This document shows, piece after piece, positions 1 through 10,127 of a stretch of DNA of 64,000 nt. A program made the position numbers and the translations under genes. The stretch's first letter is position 1; each line of letters begins with the position of its first letter. The stretch comes from Ohtaekwangia sp. (lineage in GTDB: Bacteria > Bacteroidota > Bacteroidia > Cytophagales > Cyclobacteriaceae): the NCBI RefSeq assembly GCF_036786105.1, contig NZ_DAIQRQ010000002.1:16624-80623 (forward strand). The letters are read 5' to 3'. The notes under the pieces were generated by a model that did no database searches, was not told the DNA's origin, and was given only the letters and a program-made list of their open reading frames with translations.

Positions 1-576
1 TTGGATATACACCAGGCATTGAAAGAATTAAAAACCGTTAAGAAAGTATTTGTTTTATCGGTTGCAAATGAATGTAAAGAGTTGCTGTTTTTATGTACGC
101 AGCATGTTACAATCGATCCTAAAATTATAGCGGTCAATTTGATCTCAGCACAAACACACGAGTTTCCGTTTACCTTTTTGCAAGAACAAAGTGCTTCTCC
201 AAACTATACTTCTCCTGAAGAATATCTGTACGAGCCTAATGCCTCGTTGCTCAAAGCCGGTGCTTTTAAAATAGTTGCTCAACAATATTGCGTTTCAAAA
301 ATTCACCCCAGCACGCATTTGTATACCAGCATGGAGTTGATTCCTGATTTCCCCGGGAAGATTTTTAAAATACTGGCTTTTGTGAAGAGTGACAAGAAAG
401 AAATGCTCCCATATTTCCCCCATGGCAAAGCAAATGTGGTGACGAGAAATTACCCCTTGTCGCCAGAAGAATTAAAGAGGAAGACAGGGCTTAAAGATGG
501 TGGTGATAAGTTTTTGATAGGTTTCTCTGGCAGGAATGAGAAGTTCCTGGCGGTGGCAGAACGCATCATAGTCTGA
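1..576 (+). CDS. class I SAM-dependent methyltransferase, C-terminal THUMP-like portion (5' end outside window)
   Basis: The reading frame is open from the window edge to the TGA at 574-576. Segments such as YEPNASLLKAGAFK and RNYPLSPEEL resemble the THUMP-like C-terminal domain fused to SAM methyltransferases in Bacteroidota. The N-terminus is missing. Confidence 0.5.
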   Translation: MDIHQALKELKTVKKVFVLSVANECKELLFLCTQHVTIDPKIIAVNLISAQTHEFPFTFLQEQSASPNYTSPEEYLYEPNASLLKAGAFKIVAQQYCVSKIHPSTHLYTSMELIPDFPGKIFKILAFVKSDKKEMLPYFPHGKANVVTRNYPLSPEELKRKTGLKDGGDKFLIGFSGRNEKFLAVAERIIV

Positions 577-619
577 GAGGACTGCTAAAGTATATTCTGT
601 ATACCTCACATTTTGTTTA

Positions 620-627
620 TACTTTTG
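620..627 (+). promoter_or_regulatory. candidate Bacteroidota -7 promoter box TACTTTTG upstream of the rRNA methyltransferase gene
   Basis: Matches the TAnnTTTG consensus 19 nt upstream of the ATG at 647. No clear -33 TTG is present. Confidence 0.3.
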
Positions 628-646
628 CGTCACGATAAACGATACT

Positions 647-1834
647 ATGGTTATTGCAGGAAGGATTACACTCAAAAAAGGAAAGGAACATTCTATAGAG
701 CGCTTTCATCCCTGGATTTTCTCGGGCGCTATTCAAAAGATAGAGGGCGAACTTACAGATGGCTGCTGGGTGGAGGTCTTGAATTTTAAAAATAAAATAT
801 TGGGATTCGGACATTATCAGAATGGAAGTATTGCTGTTCGCATGTTAACGTTCGGCCCGATTATACCTGCTGAAAATTTCTGGGAGCAGAAGCTATCAAA
901 GGCTCTTACGGTACGACAGAGTGCAGGCTTGCCAACAACGGCTACCAATGCTTTCCGCCTCATACATGGTGAAGGCGATGGACTTCCGGGATTGATCATT
1001 GACTATTACGATGGTGCTGTTGTAATGCAGGCACACGATGCGGGCATGCACCTCGATAGAAAAGATATAGCTTCTGCATTGCAAAATGTATTGGGCGATT
1101 CTTTACGCTGTATATACTATAAAAGTCAGGGAACATTACCGGGTAAGCTTCGTGATGTTTTGCAGGATGAATACCTGTATGGCATGGGAAGTGTACCACA
1201 TGTTGTGTTAGAGAACGATAACAAGTTTCTCATCGATTGGGAAGAAGGGCAGAAGACTGGATTTTTTCTCGATCAACGTGAGAACAGAAAATTACTGGGC
1301 GATTTCTCGAAAGGAAAGAAGGTACTCAACACTTTCTGCTATACCGGGGGTTTTTCCATATATGCTTTGGGAACCGGCGCAGCACTTGTCCACTCCGTTG
1401 ATGCTTCTGAAAAAGCCATTAACCTGACACGCAAAAATATTGCGCTCAACGGATTTGATCCCGAGTTGCATACATGCTTCGCTGAAGATACCTTCGATTT
1501 TCTGAAAGACAAGCAGGATGTTTACGATGTAATTATACTCGACCCTCCGGCATTTGCCAAGCATCGTGATGCCCGCCATCAGGCTGTAAAAGGTTATCAG
1601 CGTCTGAATACAGAGGCTATGAAAACAATAAAGCCCGGAGGTGTAATTTTTACCTTTTCGTGTTCGCAGGTTGTAGATCGGCAGTTGTTTTATGATACGG
1701 TGGTATCTGCAGCCATACAAGCGGGGCGACAGATCAAAGTGCTGCATCATCTTTCGCAACCGGCAGATCATCCGGTTTCCATCTTTCATCCGGAAGGGGA
1801 ATATCTGAAGGGACTGGTGCTATATGTAGAGTAG
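647..1834 (+). CDS. rlmI: PUA-domain class I SAM-dependent 23S rRNA (m5C) methyltransferase, RlmI-like
   Basis: 395 aa with an N-terminal PUA-like segment followed by SAM-MTase motifs (VLNTFCYTGGFS, IILDPPAF). Length and architecture match the RlmI family. Confidence 0.8.
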   Translation: MVIAGRITLKKGKEHSIERFHPWIFSGAIQKIEGELTDGCWVEVLNFKNKILGFGHYQNGSIAVRMLTFGPIIPAENFWEQKLSKALTVRQSAGLPTTATNAFRLIHGEGDGLPGLIIDYYDGAVVMQAHDAGMHLDRKDIASALQNVLGDSLRCIYYKSQGTLPGKLRDVLQDEYLYGMGSVPHVVLENDNKFLIDWEEGQKTGFFLDQRENRKLLGDFSKGKKVLNTFCYTGGFSIYALGTGAALVHSVDASEKAINLTRKNIALNGFDPELHTCFAEDTFDFLKDKQDVYDVIILDPPAFAKHRDARHQAVKGYQRLNTEAMKTIKPGGVIFTFSCSQVVDRQLFYDTVVSAAIQAGRQIKVLHHLSQPADHPVSIFHPEGEYLKGLVLYVE

Positions 1835-2466
1835 CTTTAATTGAAGTGACACTCTTTTACTGTGCGGTGAGAGATCAGTTGCCAGTTTTTATTTCGTAAG
1901 CATATACCCTCACACAGCGTATTCCATACTTTGCATTTTTATCAGCATCGTTACGAGTAATGGAGGAGATTTCATGTAACGATGGCTATATCTTGGTGTA
2001 ATTCTACCTTTGTGGAGTCGTGTTCGCGCGAAGTAAATTTTTTGACAGGATTTCAACATCCTTTATCCAGTTCTCTTTTCCGTCTACATGACCGGTGCCC
2101 GTGCGTAAAGACAAAATCATGGGCATATAGCTTTCGCGATAACGCGGCTGGACAGTGTGGATTTGTGTTCGAGTTGAAGAGGAAAAAACATTTTCCCGGA
2201 GGTGGTACACCTACTTTTTTACAGCACATCCATGCCTTCTGAAGACGAGTACCCTTTTATAGACTTTGGGTTTGTGGATGGCAAAAGTAAACGATAATAC
2301 AAATCTTATAATGTGGCCAGCACCAACATGCCGGGAAAAGTTGTAATGATCACCTGCATCTGGGGAGATAATGTATCAGTCAGGCCAATGAATCATTTTA
2401 GCCGCCTTACAACTCTGAAACCGGTGGCCGGCATAAGGTTTTCAGAGGTCAAAACCTCAAACAACG

Positions 2467-2498
2467 TTGGTATGTTTGTAGTAATTAGGATAACTTTG
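2467..2498 (+). promoter_or_regulatory. candidate sigma-A promoter: TTG (2467-2469) - 21 nt - TAACTTTG (2491-2498)
   Basis: Fits the Bacteroidota -33/-7 consensus with the expected spacing. The -7 box ends 20 nt before the yajC ATG. Confidence 0.4.
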
Positions 2499-2518
2499 AG
2501 GCCTTAAAAAACCAAATT

Positions 2519-2830
2519 ATGTATTCAATCTTGTTACAAGCCCAAACCGGCGGTAATCCTCTTCAGTTCATTGTTTTCGGAGCCATCATTGTAATTTTCT
2601 ATTTCTTCATGATTCGTCCTCAGCAAAAAAAGGCAAAGGAGCAGAAAAAGTTTACGGAAGAGATTAAGCGTGGAGATGCCGTAGTTACCATTGGCGGAGC
2701 GCATGGTATCGTAGCAGAATTGGAAGGTGATACGTTTATTCTGGAAGTAGAGAAAGGCGGCCGTATCCGCTTTAATAAATCTGCTATTTCTATGGAAGCA
2801 ACCAAGGCTGCAACAGCAACCAAAAAATGA
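2519..2830 (+). CDS. yajC: preprotein translocase subunit YajC
   Basis: 103 aa with a single TM helix (FIVFGAIIVIFYFFMIRPQQKK) and the conserved core GDAVVTIGGAHGIV. Confidence 0.9.
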   Translation: MYSILLQAQTGGNPLQFIVFGAIIVIFYFFMIRPQQKKAKEQKKFTEEIKRGDAVVTIGGAHGIVAELEGDTFILEVEKGGRIRFNKSAISMEATKAATATKK

Positions 2831-2915
2831 TAACACGTTTGTACATATACGTTGACTGGTATTTACATCATAGTACGTATCAGCAGCGTATATATACACC
2901 AAGGTGCCAACGCGA

Positions 2916-3860
2916 ATGAGTGTGATTAATTCAATATTCAACCTGTTGCGCTTCAACAGAAAAAACTGGAAGGCCGTGGCGCTGTGTTTATTTGCAGCTA
3001 CGGTCTTCTGGTTTTTTAATGCCTTGAATAAAAATTATACCACCAACATTTCATTCCCCATCAAGTTTGATTACGACCAGGAAAATTATATAGCCGTTCG
3101 CCCGTTGCCACAAGTTGTGCGCATCAATGTAACAGGCATGGGATGGGATCTGTTTCGCAGAAGCCTGGGCGTTAAAGTGCCGCCTCTGATTATCCCGCTG
3201 GAGCGACCGGTTGATGTTCGGAAAATAGTGGGCACCACACTGCCTGCATTATTTGCCAATCAGGTAGAACGACTGGAAATAAATTTTGTATTAACGGATA
3301 CGTTGCATGTTGCTATTGAACCGAAAGGCAGGCGGTGGATATCGCTTACTGTTGACACGCCTTCTATACTCTTCAGGAAGGGTTATGTAATGACGAGCGA
3401 TGCTACAGTAGAACCGGATAGTATATATATAGAAGGGCCATGGAATCTTGTAAAGAGTATATCCGAACCGGTTTATATCAAGATTCAGCAACGTAATATT
3501 GACGAGACTTTTCAAAACGACCTGGAGGTAAAGTTTTTGAATGATGAACTTATCAAACGAAACCCTCCTACAGTACGCGTAAGCTTTGATGTAGATCAAC
3601 TGCGGGAAATCACCGACTCTGTAAAACTCGTGCTGCTAAATTTGCCGAAAGGCGCGCGTCCTTCACTCGCGCTGCGAGAACTTCCCTGTACCTTCGCAAT
3701 ACCGCAACGCTATATTAGCAGTTACCATCGCGATTCGCTGAAAGCAGTTGTTGATCTAAAGAATTTCTCGCGTGGTGTTAAGCGGGTACAACCTGTTTTA
3801 CAGGGGTTGCCTCCATACTCCCGGGTGATTCAGGTAGATTCTGTATTTGTTAAATTTTAA
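2916..3860 (+). CDS. YbbR-like domain-containing protein
   Basis: N-terminal TM anchor (AVALCLFAATVFWFF) followed by repeated beta-rich modules typical of YbbR/CdaR-type proteins. I prefer the ATG at 2916 over the in-frame GTG at 2904. Confidence 0.7.
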   Translation: MSVINSIFNLLRFNRKNWKAVALCLFAATVFWFFNALNKNYTTNISFPIKFDYDQENYIAVRPLPQVVRINVTGMGWDLFRRSLGVKVPPLIIPLERPVDVRKIVGTTLPALFANQVERLEINFVLTDTLHVAIEPKGRRWISLTVDTPSILFRKGYVMTSDATVEPDSIYIEGPWNLVKSISEPVYIKIQQRNIDETFQNDLEVKFLNDELIKRNPPTVRVSFDVDQLREITDSVKLVLLNLPKGARPSLALRELPCTFAIPQRYISSYHRDSLKAVVDLKNFSRGVKRVQPVLQGLPPYSRVIQVDSVFVKF

Positions 3861-3863
3861 TCT

Positions 3864-4463
3864 GTGAGTAAACCACTGCAAATTGGTATTACCGGAGGAA
3901 TAGGATCTGGTAAAACATTGGTGTGTAAAATTTTCGCATGCCTCGGCATACCTGTATATGATGCTGACAGCCATGCGAAAGAACTAATGACCACCGATGG
4001 AAATCTCGTATCACAGATAAAGAAAGAATTCGGTGATTTGTCTTACCTAAGCGATGGAACACTTAACCGTAAATACCTTGGTGAGGTTGTTTTCAGCAAT
4101 CAGGAGAAGCTGGATGTATTGAATAAGCTTGTGCATCCATGTGTAGCGCAAGATTATGCCTGTTGGGTAGAGAGCCACAGCGACAAGGCATACGTTTTGA
4201 AGGAAGCTGCCTTGTTGTTTGAGTCGGGTTCTTACCGGGGGTTGGACAAGATAATTGTTGTGCATGCTCCACAGGATGTGCGCGTGAAAAGAGTGGTACA
4301 TCGCGATGGCAGAACCGAAGAGCAGGTGAAAGAGATCATGCAAAAGCAAATGTCCGAAGAGGAAAAATTACAACGGGCGGATGCCATCATTTACAATGAT
4401 GATTCTTCCCTTATCATCCCACAAGTACTCTCGCTCCACAATCGCTTTCAAGCGAAGAAGTGA
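3864..4463 (+). CDS. coaE: dephospho-CoA kinase
   Basis: P-loop GITGGIGSGKT at the N-terminus and a length of about 200 aa. The GTG start lies 4 nt after the upstream stop. Confidence 0.9.
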   Translation: MSKPLQIGITGGIGSGKTLVCKIFACLGIPVYDADSHAKELMTTDGNLVSQIKKEFGDLSYLSDGTLNRKYLGEVVFSNQEKLDVLNKLVHPCVAQDYACWVESHSDKAYVLKEAALLFESGSYRGLDKIIVVHAPQDVRVKRVVHRDGRTEEQVKEIMQKQMSEEEKLQRADAIIYNDDSSLIIPQVLSLHNRFQAKK

Positions 4464-4536
4464 CAGTAAGCCTCCGATCTTTCCTGAACCAGATCGAAAC
4501 AGCAGGCGTTAAAGTATAGCTACCTATTTGATTTTC

Positions 4537-5601
4537 ATGTATAGAATGTATAGATATAGTCTCGTAGTATTTGTTTGTGTTTCTGCACTGGCGGTGTCAT
4601 CCTGCAAATCCAAGAAAGAAAATCAAACAGCAGGCCGTCCGCGCGTGCAAGGCCCTATAGTGGCCGATGGATTTCGTGTAGCACAAAGCTCGGTTAGTGA
4701 AAAGATAGAAGTTCCAGGCTCGCTGTTGCCCTTTGAAGAAACTCAACTGCGTGCCGAAGTAGGTGGCCGTATAGTATCACTTAACATCAATGAAGGTGCT
4801 GTTGTACAGAAAGGCACATTGCTGGTAAAACTGTTTGACCAGGACTTGCAGGCGCAGTTAAAGAAGTTGCAGGTACAGCTTCAGATCAAAGAGAAAACCG
4901 AAGAAAGAAATCGCGAGCTCGTAAAGATTAATGGTATCAGTCAGCAGGATTATGATCTTGCTGCATTGGATGTTGAGAACCTGAAAGCAGATATAGAGTC
5001 AACACAAATTGCTATATCCAAAACAGAAATTCGTGCACCCTATACGGGCAAGCTGGGGTTGCGTAACGTGAGCCTCGGTTCATATATAGCTCCTACCGAT
5101 GTTGTTACTACTATACGCCAGGTAGATCAATTGAAACTGGAATTTTCTGTTCCTGAAAAATATGCGAAAGATTTACAGAAAGGATATACGGTAAGCTTCA
5201 AGATTGATGCCGGAGGTGGGCAATCGCATAAAGCAACTGTGCTGGCTACCGAGAGCAGTGTAGACCAGAATACACGTACGCTCAAAATAAGAGCCGTAGT
5301 AAATGAGCGTCATCCCGAATTGGTGCCGGGTGTATTTGCAAAAGTAAATTTGCAACTGGGCCAGAACAATCGTGCACTCCTTGTGCCTACTCAGGCAATC
5401 ATTCCTACAGCACGCGATAAACAAGTTATACTGCTGCACAAAGACAGCGTATCATTTACGACAGTAGAAACCGGTATCCGCGATTCTGCCTATGTGCAGA
5501 TAGTAAACGGATTGAAGCCTGGTGATACTATTATCACCTCGGGATTGATGGCTATTCGTCCCAACTCTAAAGTTAAGGTAACGAAGGTAAGTACCTTATA
5601 A
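4537..5601 (+). CDS. efflux RND transporter periplasmic adaptor (MFP, HlyD/AcrA family)
   Basis: Lipoprotein signal (SALAVSSC) and a coiled-coil hairpin segment (LQAQLKKLQVQLQIKEKTEE). It sits immediately upstream of the RND permease. A 9-nt tandem duplication (atgtataga twice) gives in-frame ATGs at 4537 and 4546; a TTG at 4528 is also possible. Confidence 0.9.
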   Translation: MYRMYRYSLVVFVCVSALAVSSCKSKKENQTAGRPRVQGPIVADGFRVAQSSVSEKIEVPGSLLPFEETQLRAEVGGRIVSLNINEGAVVQKGTLLVKLFDQDLQAQLKKLQVQLQIKEKTEERNRELVKINGISQQDYDLAALDVENLKADIESTQIAISKTEIRAPYTGKLGLRNVSLGSYIAPTDVVTTIRQVDQLKLEFSVPEKYAKDLQKGYTVSFKIDAGGGQSHKATVLATESSVDQNTRTLKIRAVVNERHPELVPGVFAKVNLQLGQNNRALLVPTQAIIPTARDKQVILLHKDSVSFTTVETGIRDSAYVQIVNGLKPGDTIITSGLMAIRPNSKVKVTKVSTL

Positions 5602-5611
5602 GCGAACGCGT

Positions 5612-8600
5612 ATGAATATATCGGAAGTAAGTTTACGAAGACCCGTATTGGCATTTGTGATGAACATTATCCTGGTGCTGTTCGGAGTTATAGGTTTTAA
5701 TTTCCTGGGCATCCGCGATTATCCTGCTATCGATCCGCCCGTAGTAAACGTGCGTACCACTTACTCAGGAGCCAATGCAGATATCATTGAATCACAAATC
5801 ACAGAACCGTTGGAGAAATCCATCAATGGTATAGCCGGTATAAAAAATATTACGTCTTCTTCCAGTGTTGGCAACAGTAACATCAACATTGAGTTTGAGT
5901 TGGGTGTAGACCTCGAAGCTGCTACCAACGATGTGCGTGATAAAGTATCGCAGGCTGTGCGCTCACTGCCGCAAGATCTTACAAATCCACCGGTAGTATC
6001 CAAAGCCGATGCGAACTCCGATGCCATCATCTCGATGACGGTGCAGAGCAACAGTAAAAATTCATTACAGTTAACGGAGTATGCTAACAATGTATTGGTA
6101 GAGCGCCTGCAAACTATACCGGGTGTAAGCAGTATACAGATATGGGGAGAAAAGCGATATGCCATGCGTATATGGCTCGACCCTGGAAAGCTCAGTGCCT
6201 ATAGCTTGACACCGCTCGATGTACAGACAGCATTGAACAAAGAGAATGTAGAATTACCTTCCGGTAAAATTGCCGGCGATGCAACCGAACTTACCGTGCG
6301 AACCTTCGGTAAATTATATACGGAAGAAGATTTTGCTAATGTTATTATCAAGTCTACAGCACAAGGTGATATTCGATTGAAAGATATAGGACAGGCTGTG
6401 CTGGGTCCGGAAAATGAAGAGTCTATTCTGCGCGAAAGTAATGTGCCCATGGTAGGCCTTGCACTTGTACCTCTTCCTGGTGCCAACTATGTAGAGATCT
6501 CTGATGAATTTTACAAACGACTGGAGCAGATCAAAAAAGAAGTACCGGAAGATATCAAACTGAATATCGCGCTCGACCAGACGGTATTCATCAAACGCTC
6601 AATATCAGAAGTGGAGGAAACACTAATCATCTCCTTCCTGCTTGTGGTGTTAATTATCTACTTGTTCTTCCGTGATTTTATTATTGCCATTCGCCCGCTC
6701 ATTGATATACCGGTTTCGCTGATTGCTACATTTTTCATTATGTATCTCTGCGGGTTCTCCGTCAATGTACTCACCATGCTCGGCATTGTGCTTGCCACTG
6801 GTCTTGTTGTGGATGATGGTATTGTGGTGACCGAAAATATATACAAGAAATTAGAGCAGGGTATGAATAAGTACCAGGCAGCAAAAGAAGGCTCAACCGA
6901 AATTTTCTTCGCGGTAATTTCTACTTCCATCACGCTCGCAGTTGTATTTCTTCCTATACTCTTTCTGCAGGGATTTGTGGGGCGCTTGTTCCGCGAGTTC
7001 GGAATTGTAGTAGCAAGTGCCGTGTTGGTTTCATGCTTTGTATCACTTACGCTTACACCTGTGCTCAGTGTAAAGCTTACACGCACCAAGCATTCACACT
7101 CGTGGTTTTACCGCGTAACAGAGCCTTTCTTCAGCAGTATGGAGAATGGATACAGGCGCATACTCGAATCGTTTATGCGGGTGCGCTGGGTATCGATTCT
7201 CATCATCTTGTTGTGTCTTGCATCAACCTATTTTATAGGAACGAATATGCAATCAGAGCTTGCTCCTATGGAAGACCGTAATCAGTTCCGTTTACAGCTA
7301 TCAGCCGTAGAAGGTACATCTTACGACTATATGGATCAATATGTACAAAGCATGGTACAGTTTGTACAGGATTCTATACCGGAATATCAAACTGCATTGT
7401 CGGTAACAGCGCCAGGTTTTTCAGGAGCAGGTTCTGTAAACAGTGGGTTTGTTCGTGTAACCTTATCCGATCCGCAGAACAGAGATCGGTCACAACAACA
7501 GATCGTTGATATGGTGAACCGAAACCTGAGTCGCTTTCCGCAGGGTCGTGCCTTTCCCATACAGGAGCAGACTATATCTGTAAACAGAAGAGGTGGCTTG
7601 CCTGTGCAGTTCGTTATACAGAACAACAATCTCGAAAAACTCCGCCAGGTTATTCCGCAGTTTTTGGAAGAAGCCAATGCCAGCCCGGTGCTGCAAGGTG
7701 TAGATATAGATTTGAAGTTTAACAAGCCTGAACTACGCGTGGAGATCAATCGCCTGAAAGCTGCGCAGCTTGGTATCAGCGTTCAGGATATAGCACAGAC
7801 ATTACAACTAGCCTACAGTAATCTTCGTTTCGGATATTTCACCAAAGAAGGTAAACAATACCAGGTAATGGGCCAGGTAACACGCATTGACCGTGATGAC
7901 CCGGATGATCTGAAGAACCTGTATGTACGCACAAATTCAGGACAACTGGTTTCATTGGATAATGTTGTGACTGTTCAGGAGTCTACCACACCGCCTTCAC
8001 TCTATCACTTTAACCGCTATAAGTCAGCTACTATATCAGCCGGCCTCGCACCGGGCAAAACAGTAGGCGATGGTATAAAAGTTATGAATGAAATCTCAGC
8101 TAAGCTCCTGGATGATACGTTCACAACTTCGTTAAGCGGTACCTCGCGCGACTATGCAGAAAGTTCCAGTAATACCTCATTTGCATTCCTGCTCGCGCTG
8201 GTGCTGATATACCTTATTCTTGCAGCGCAGTTCGAAAGCTTTGTAGATCCGCTCACCATCATGCTTACGGTGCCGCTTGCCATTAGCGGTGCATTTATAT
8301 CCCTGTATATATTTGGCCAGACTATAAATATATTCTCACAAATCGGAATGATTATGCTGATAGGTTTGGTAACAAAGAACGGTATTCTCATCGTGGAATT
8401 TGCCAATCAGAAACGCGAAGAAGGTTTGTCGAAGATTGAAGCGGTGTTGGAAGCATCGCGTCTGCGTCTTCGCCCTATATTGATGACGAGTCTGGCAATG
8501 GCGTTGGGATCATTACCATTGGCACTTTCGCTGGGAGCAGCATCAACCAGCCGCAAACCGCTCGGTATCGTGATTGTGGGTGGTATCATGTTTTCGCTTA

Positions 8601-8722
8601 TCCTTACTTTATTTGTTATACCTGCGATGTATTCATTCTTATCTCGCAAAAGAAAGCACATTGAATTTGGTGACGGGGCTCCAACACCTCAGCCACAAAA
8701 GGAATTGGTTTATGAACATTAG
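5612..8722 (+). CDS. efflux RND transporter permease (AcrB/HAE1 family)
   Basis: 1036 aa with the typical 12-TM topology, two large periplasmic loops and conserved TM4 region GLVVDDGIVVTENI. Confidence 0.95.
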   Translation: MNISEVSLRRPVLAFVMNIILVLFGVIGFNFLGIRDYPAIDPPVVNVRTTYSGANADIIESQITEPLEKSINGIAGIKNITSSSSVGNSNINIEFELGVDLEAATNDVRDKVSQAVRSLPQDLTNPPVVSKADANSDAIISMTVQSNSKNSLQLTEYANNVLVERLQTIPGVSSIQIWGEKRYAMRIWLDPGKLSAYSLTPLDVQTALNKENVELPSGKIAGDATELTVRTFGKLYTEEDFANVIIKSTAQGDIRLKDIGQAVLGPENEESILRESNVPMVGLALVPLPGANYVEISDEFYKRLEQIKKEVPEDIKLNIALDQTVFIKRSISEVEETLIISFLLVVLIIYLFFRDFIIAIRPLIDIPVSLIATFFIMYLCGFSVNVLTMLGIVLATGLVVDDGIVVTENIYKKLEQGMNKYQAAKEGSTEIFFAVISTSITLAVVFLPILFLQGFVGRLFREFGIVVASAVLVSCFVSLTLTPVLSVKLTRTKHSHSWFYRVTEPFFSSMENGYRRILESFMRVRWVSILIILLCLASTYFIGTNMQSELAPMEDRNQFRLQLSAVEGTSYDYMDQYVQSMVQFVQDSIPEYQTALSVTAPGFSGAGSVNSGFVRVTLSDPQNRDRSQQQIVDMVNRNLSRFPQGRAFPIQEQTISVNRRGGLPVQFVIQNNNLEKLRQVIPQFLEEANASPVLQGVDIDLKFNKPELRVEINRLKAAQLGISVQDIAQTLQLAYSNLRFGYFTKEGKQYQVMGQVTRIDRDDPDDLKNLYVRTNSGQLVSLDNVVTVQESTTPPSLYHFNRYKSATISAGLAPGKTVGDGIKVMNEISAKLLDDTFTTSLSGTSRDYAESSSNTSFAFLLALVLIYLILAAQFESFVDPLTIMLTVPLAISGAFISLYIFGQTINIFSQIGMIMLIGLVTKNGILIVEFANQKREEGLSKIEAVLEASRLRLRPILMTSLAMALGSLPLALSLGAASTSRKPLGIVIVGGIMFSLILTLFVIPAMYSFLSRKRKHIEFGDGAPTPQPQKELVYEH

Positions 8723-10031
8723 ATTCACGTTAACAATTTTTGTAGTCTTTATTTTTCTGTGTGTAGGCCAGGCACAGGAGATGATAACTGTAGAACAAGC
8801 GGTTGCACTGGCTATTGAAAAGAACTATGACATTAAATTGTCAGAGAATATATTAAGCTCAGTTGAGCTTGATAACAGTTATGCCTTTGGTGCCTTCCTT
8901 CCTCAGCTGAACGGATCGGCATCAAGAGTATGGAATACCAGCAACCAAAAACAATTACTGGCAGATAACAGCACTCGCCAGCAGAAAGGCCTGAAATCAA
9001 ATACACAGGCTGCTGCTGTACAACTAACGTGGACGCTCTTCGATGGCACAAAAATGTTTGCAACCAGAGAAAGACTGGAAGAGTTGGTGAGACAGGGAGA
9101 GATCAATGTGAAGGGCCAGATTACAAACACTGTTGCACAGGTAATAACAAACTACTTTAACATTGTTCAGCAAAAGCAGCAACTTAAGGCCACCCAGGAA
9201 CAAATGTCTGTAAGTGAAGAGCGTGTAAAATTAGCTGAGAAAAAACTTCAGGTTGGCACGGGTGGTAAGCCGGAGCTTCTTCAGGCAAAGGTAGATTTGA
9301 ATACGCAGCGAACGCAGGTATTGCAGCAAGAGGCAGCGATTGCTCAATTAAAAGAACAATTGAGGGGCTTGGTAGGCATGCAGCTCCCGGAGCTGTATGA
9401 TGTGTCGGATACGATTATCATAGATCTTGGATTGAAACGTGAAGACATTGAATTAAATATAGCGAATCAGAATTTTGCGTTATTGTCTGCGAAAAGAGAC
9501 ATTGAAATAGCAAGATTGGCTTTGCATGAGCGCAAAGCAGAACAATTTCCTACTATAAGTTTTAACTCTGCGTATTCCTATAATAAATCAACCAACGCAG
9601 TTTCACTAAACCCCGGTATTCCCCTGTATAGTCAAAGCAACGGATATAATTATGGTTTCTCGGCTGCTATTCCAATTCTGGGTGGTTTCAACAGAAGAAG
9701 GTTAGTTCAGCAGGCGAAGATTACATTAAGCAGGCAGCAGACAATTTACGATCAGCAAAAGTATATGGTTGACGTGGGCGTTCGTAATGCATACGTTAAT
9801 TACGATAATGCCAAACAAGTACTGTTGGTGGAAGAAGAAACTATTCTGCTGGCGAAAGAGAATGTCTTCATTGCATTGGAAGGATTCAAACGAGGCATTA
9901 CTACATTCATTGAATTACGTACGGCACAACAAAGTTTAGCGGATGCTTATAATCGTTTGATCAATGCACGCTACCTGGCCAAAGTAGCAGAGACCGAGCT
10001 GCTGCGACTCAATGGTTCACTACTGAAGTAA
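8712..10031 (+). CDS. TolC-family outer membrane efflux protein
   Basis: The ATG at 8712 yields signal peptide MNIRFTLTIFVVFIFLCVGQAQ, followed by the two-repeat OMF architecture. It overlaps the RND gene 3' end by 11 nt. The longer ORF starting at 8574 is rejected. Confidence 0.9.
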   Translation: MNIRFTLTIFVVFIFLCVGQAQEMITVEQAVALAIEKNYDIKLSENILSSVELDNSYAFGAFLPQLNGSASRVWNTSNQKQLLADNSTRQQKGLKSNTQAAAVQLTWTLFDGTKMFATRERLEELVRQGEINVKGQITNTVAQVITNYFNIVQQKQQLKATQEQMSVSEERVKLAEKKLQVGTGGKPELLQAKVDLNTQRTQVLQQEAAIAQLKEQLRGLVGMQLPELYDVSDTIIIDLGLKREDIELNIANQNFALLSAKRDIEIARLALHERKAEQFPTISFNSAYSYNKSTNAVSLNPGIPLYSQSNGYNYGFSAAIPILGGFNRRRLVQQAKITLSRQQTIYDQQKYMVDVGVRNAYVNYDNAKQVLLVEEETILLAKENVFIALEGFKRGITTFIELRTAQQSLADAYNRLINARYLAKVAETELLRLNGSLLK

Positions 10032-10053
10032 CACAAGTATATTTAAAATTTTA

Positions 10054-10082
10054 AACCCACGGCAATACTGTGGTTATTTTTT
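10054..10082 (+). terminator. rho-independent terminator after the efflux operon
   Basis: Stem AACC(C)ACGG / CTGTGGTT with a 5-nt loop, followed by ATTTTTT. Confidence 0.6.
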
Positions 10083-10127
10083 GTCTGCTTATAGGTATAT
10101 TTCATAGCGGTGTAATTTACTATAGCT

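Noticed and set aside
2010-2280. Several degenerate DnaA-box-like words (TGTGGAT, TTATCCA) suggesting a replication origin
   Set aside because: Each matches the 9-mer consensus at only 7 of 9 positions. There is no AT-rich unwinding element and no dnaA or dnaN nearby.
8574-8711. N-terminal extension of the TolC-family ORF, as given in the ORF track
   Set aside because: It lies entirely inside the RND permease gene in another frame and has an odd composition. The internal ATG at 8712 gives a proper signal peptide and a typical 11-nt operon overlap.
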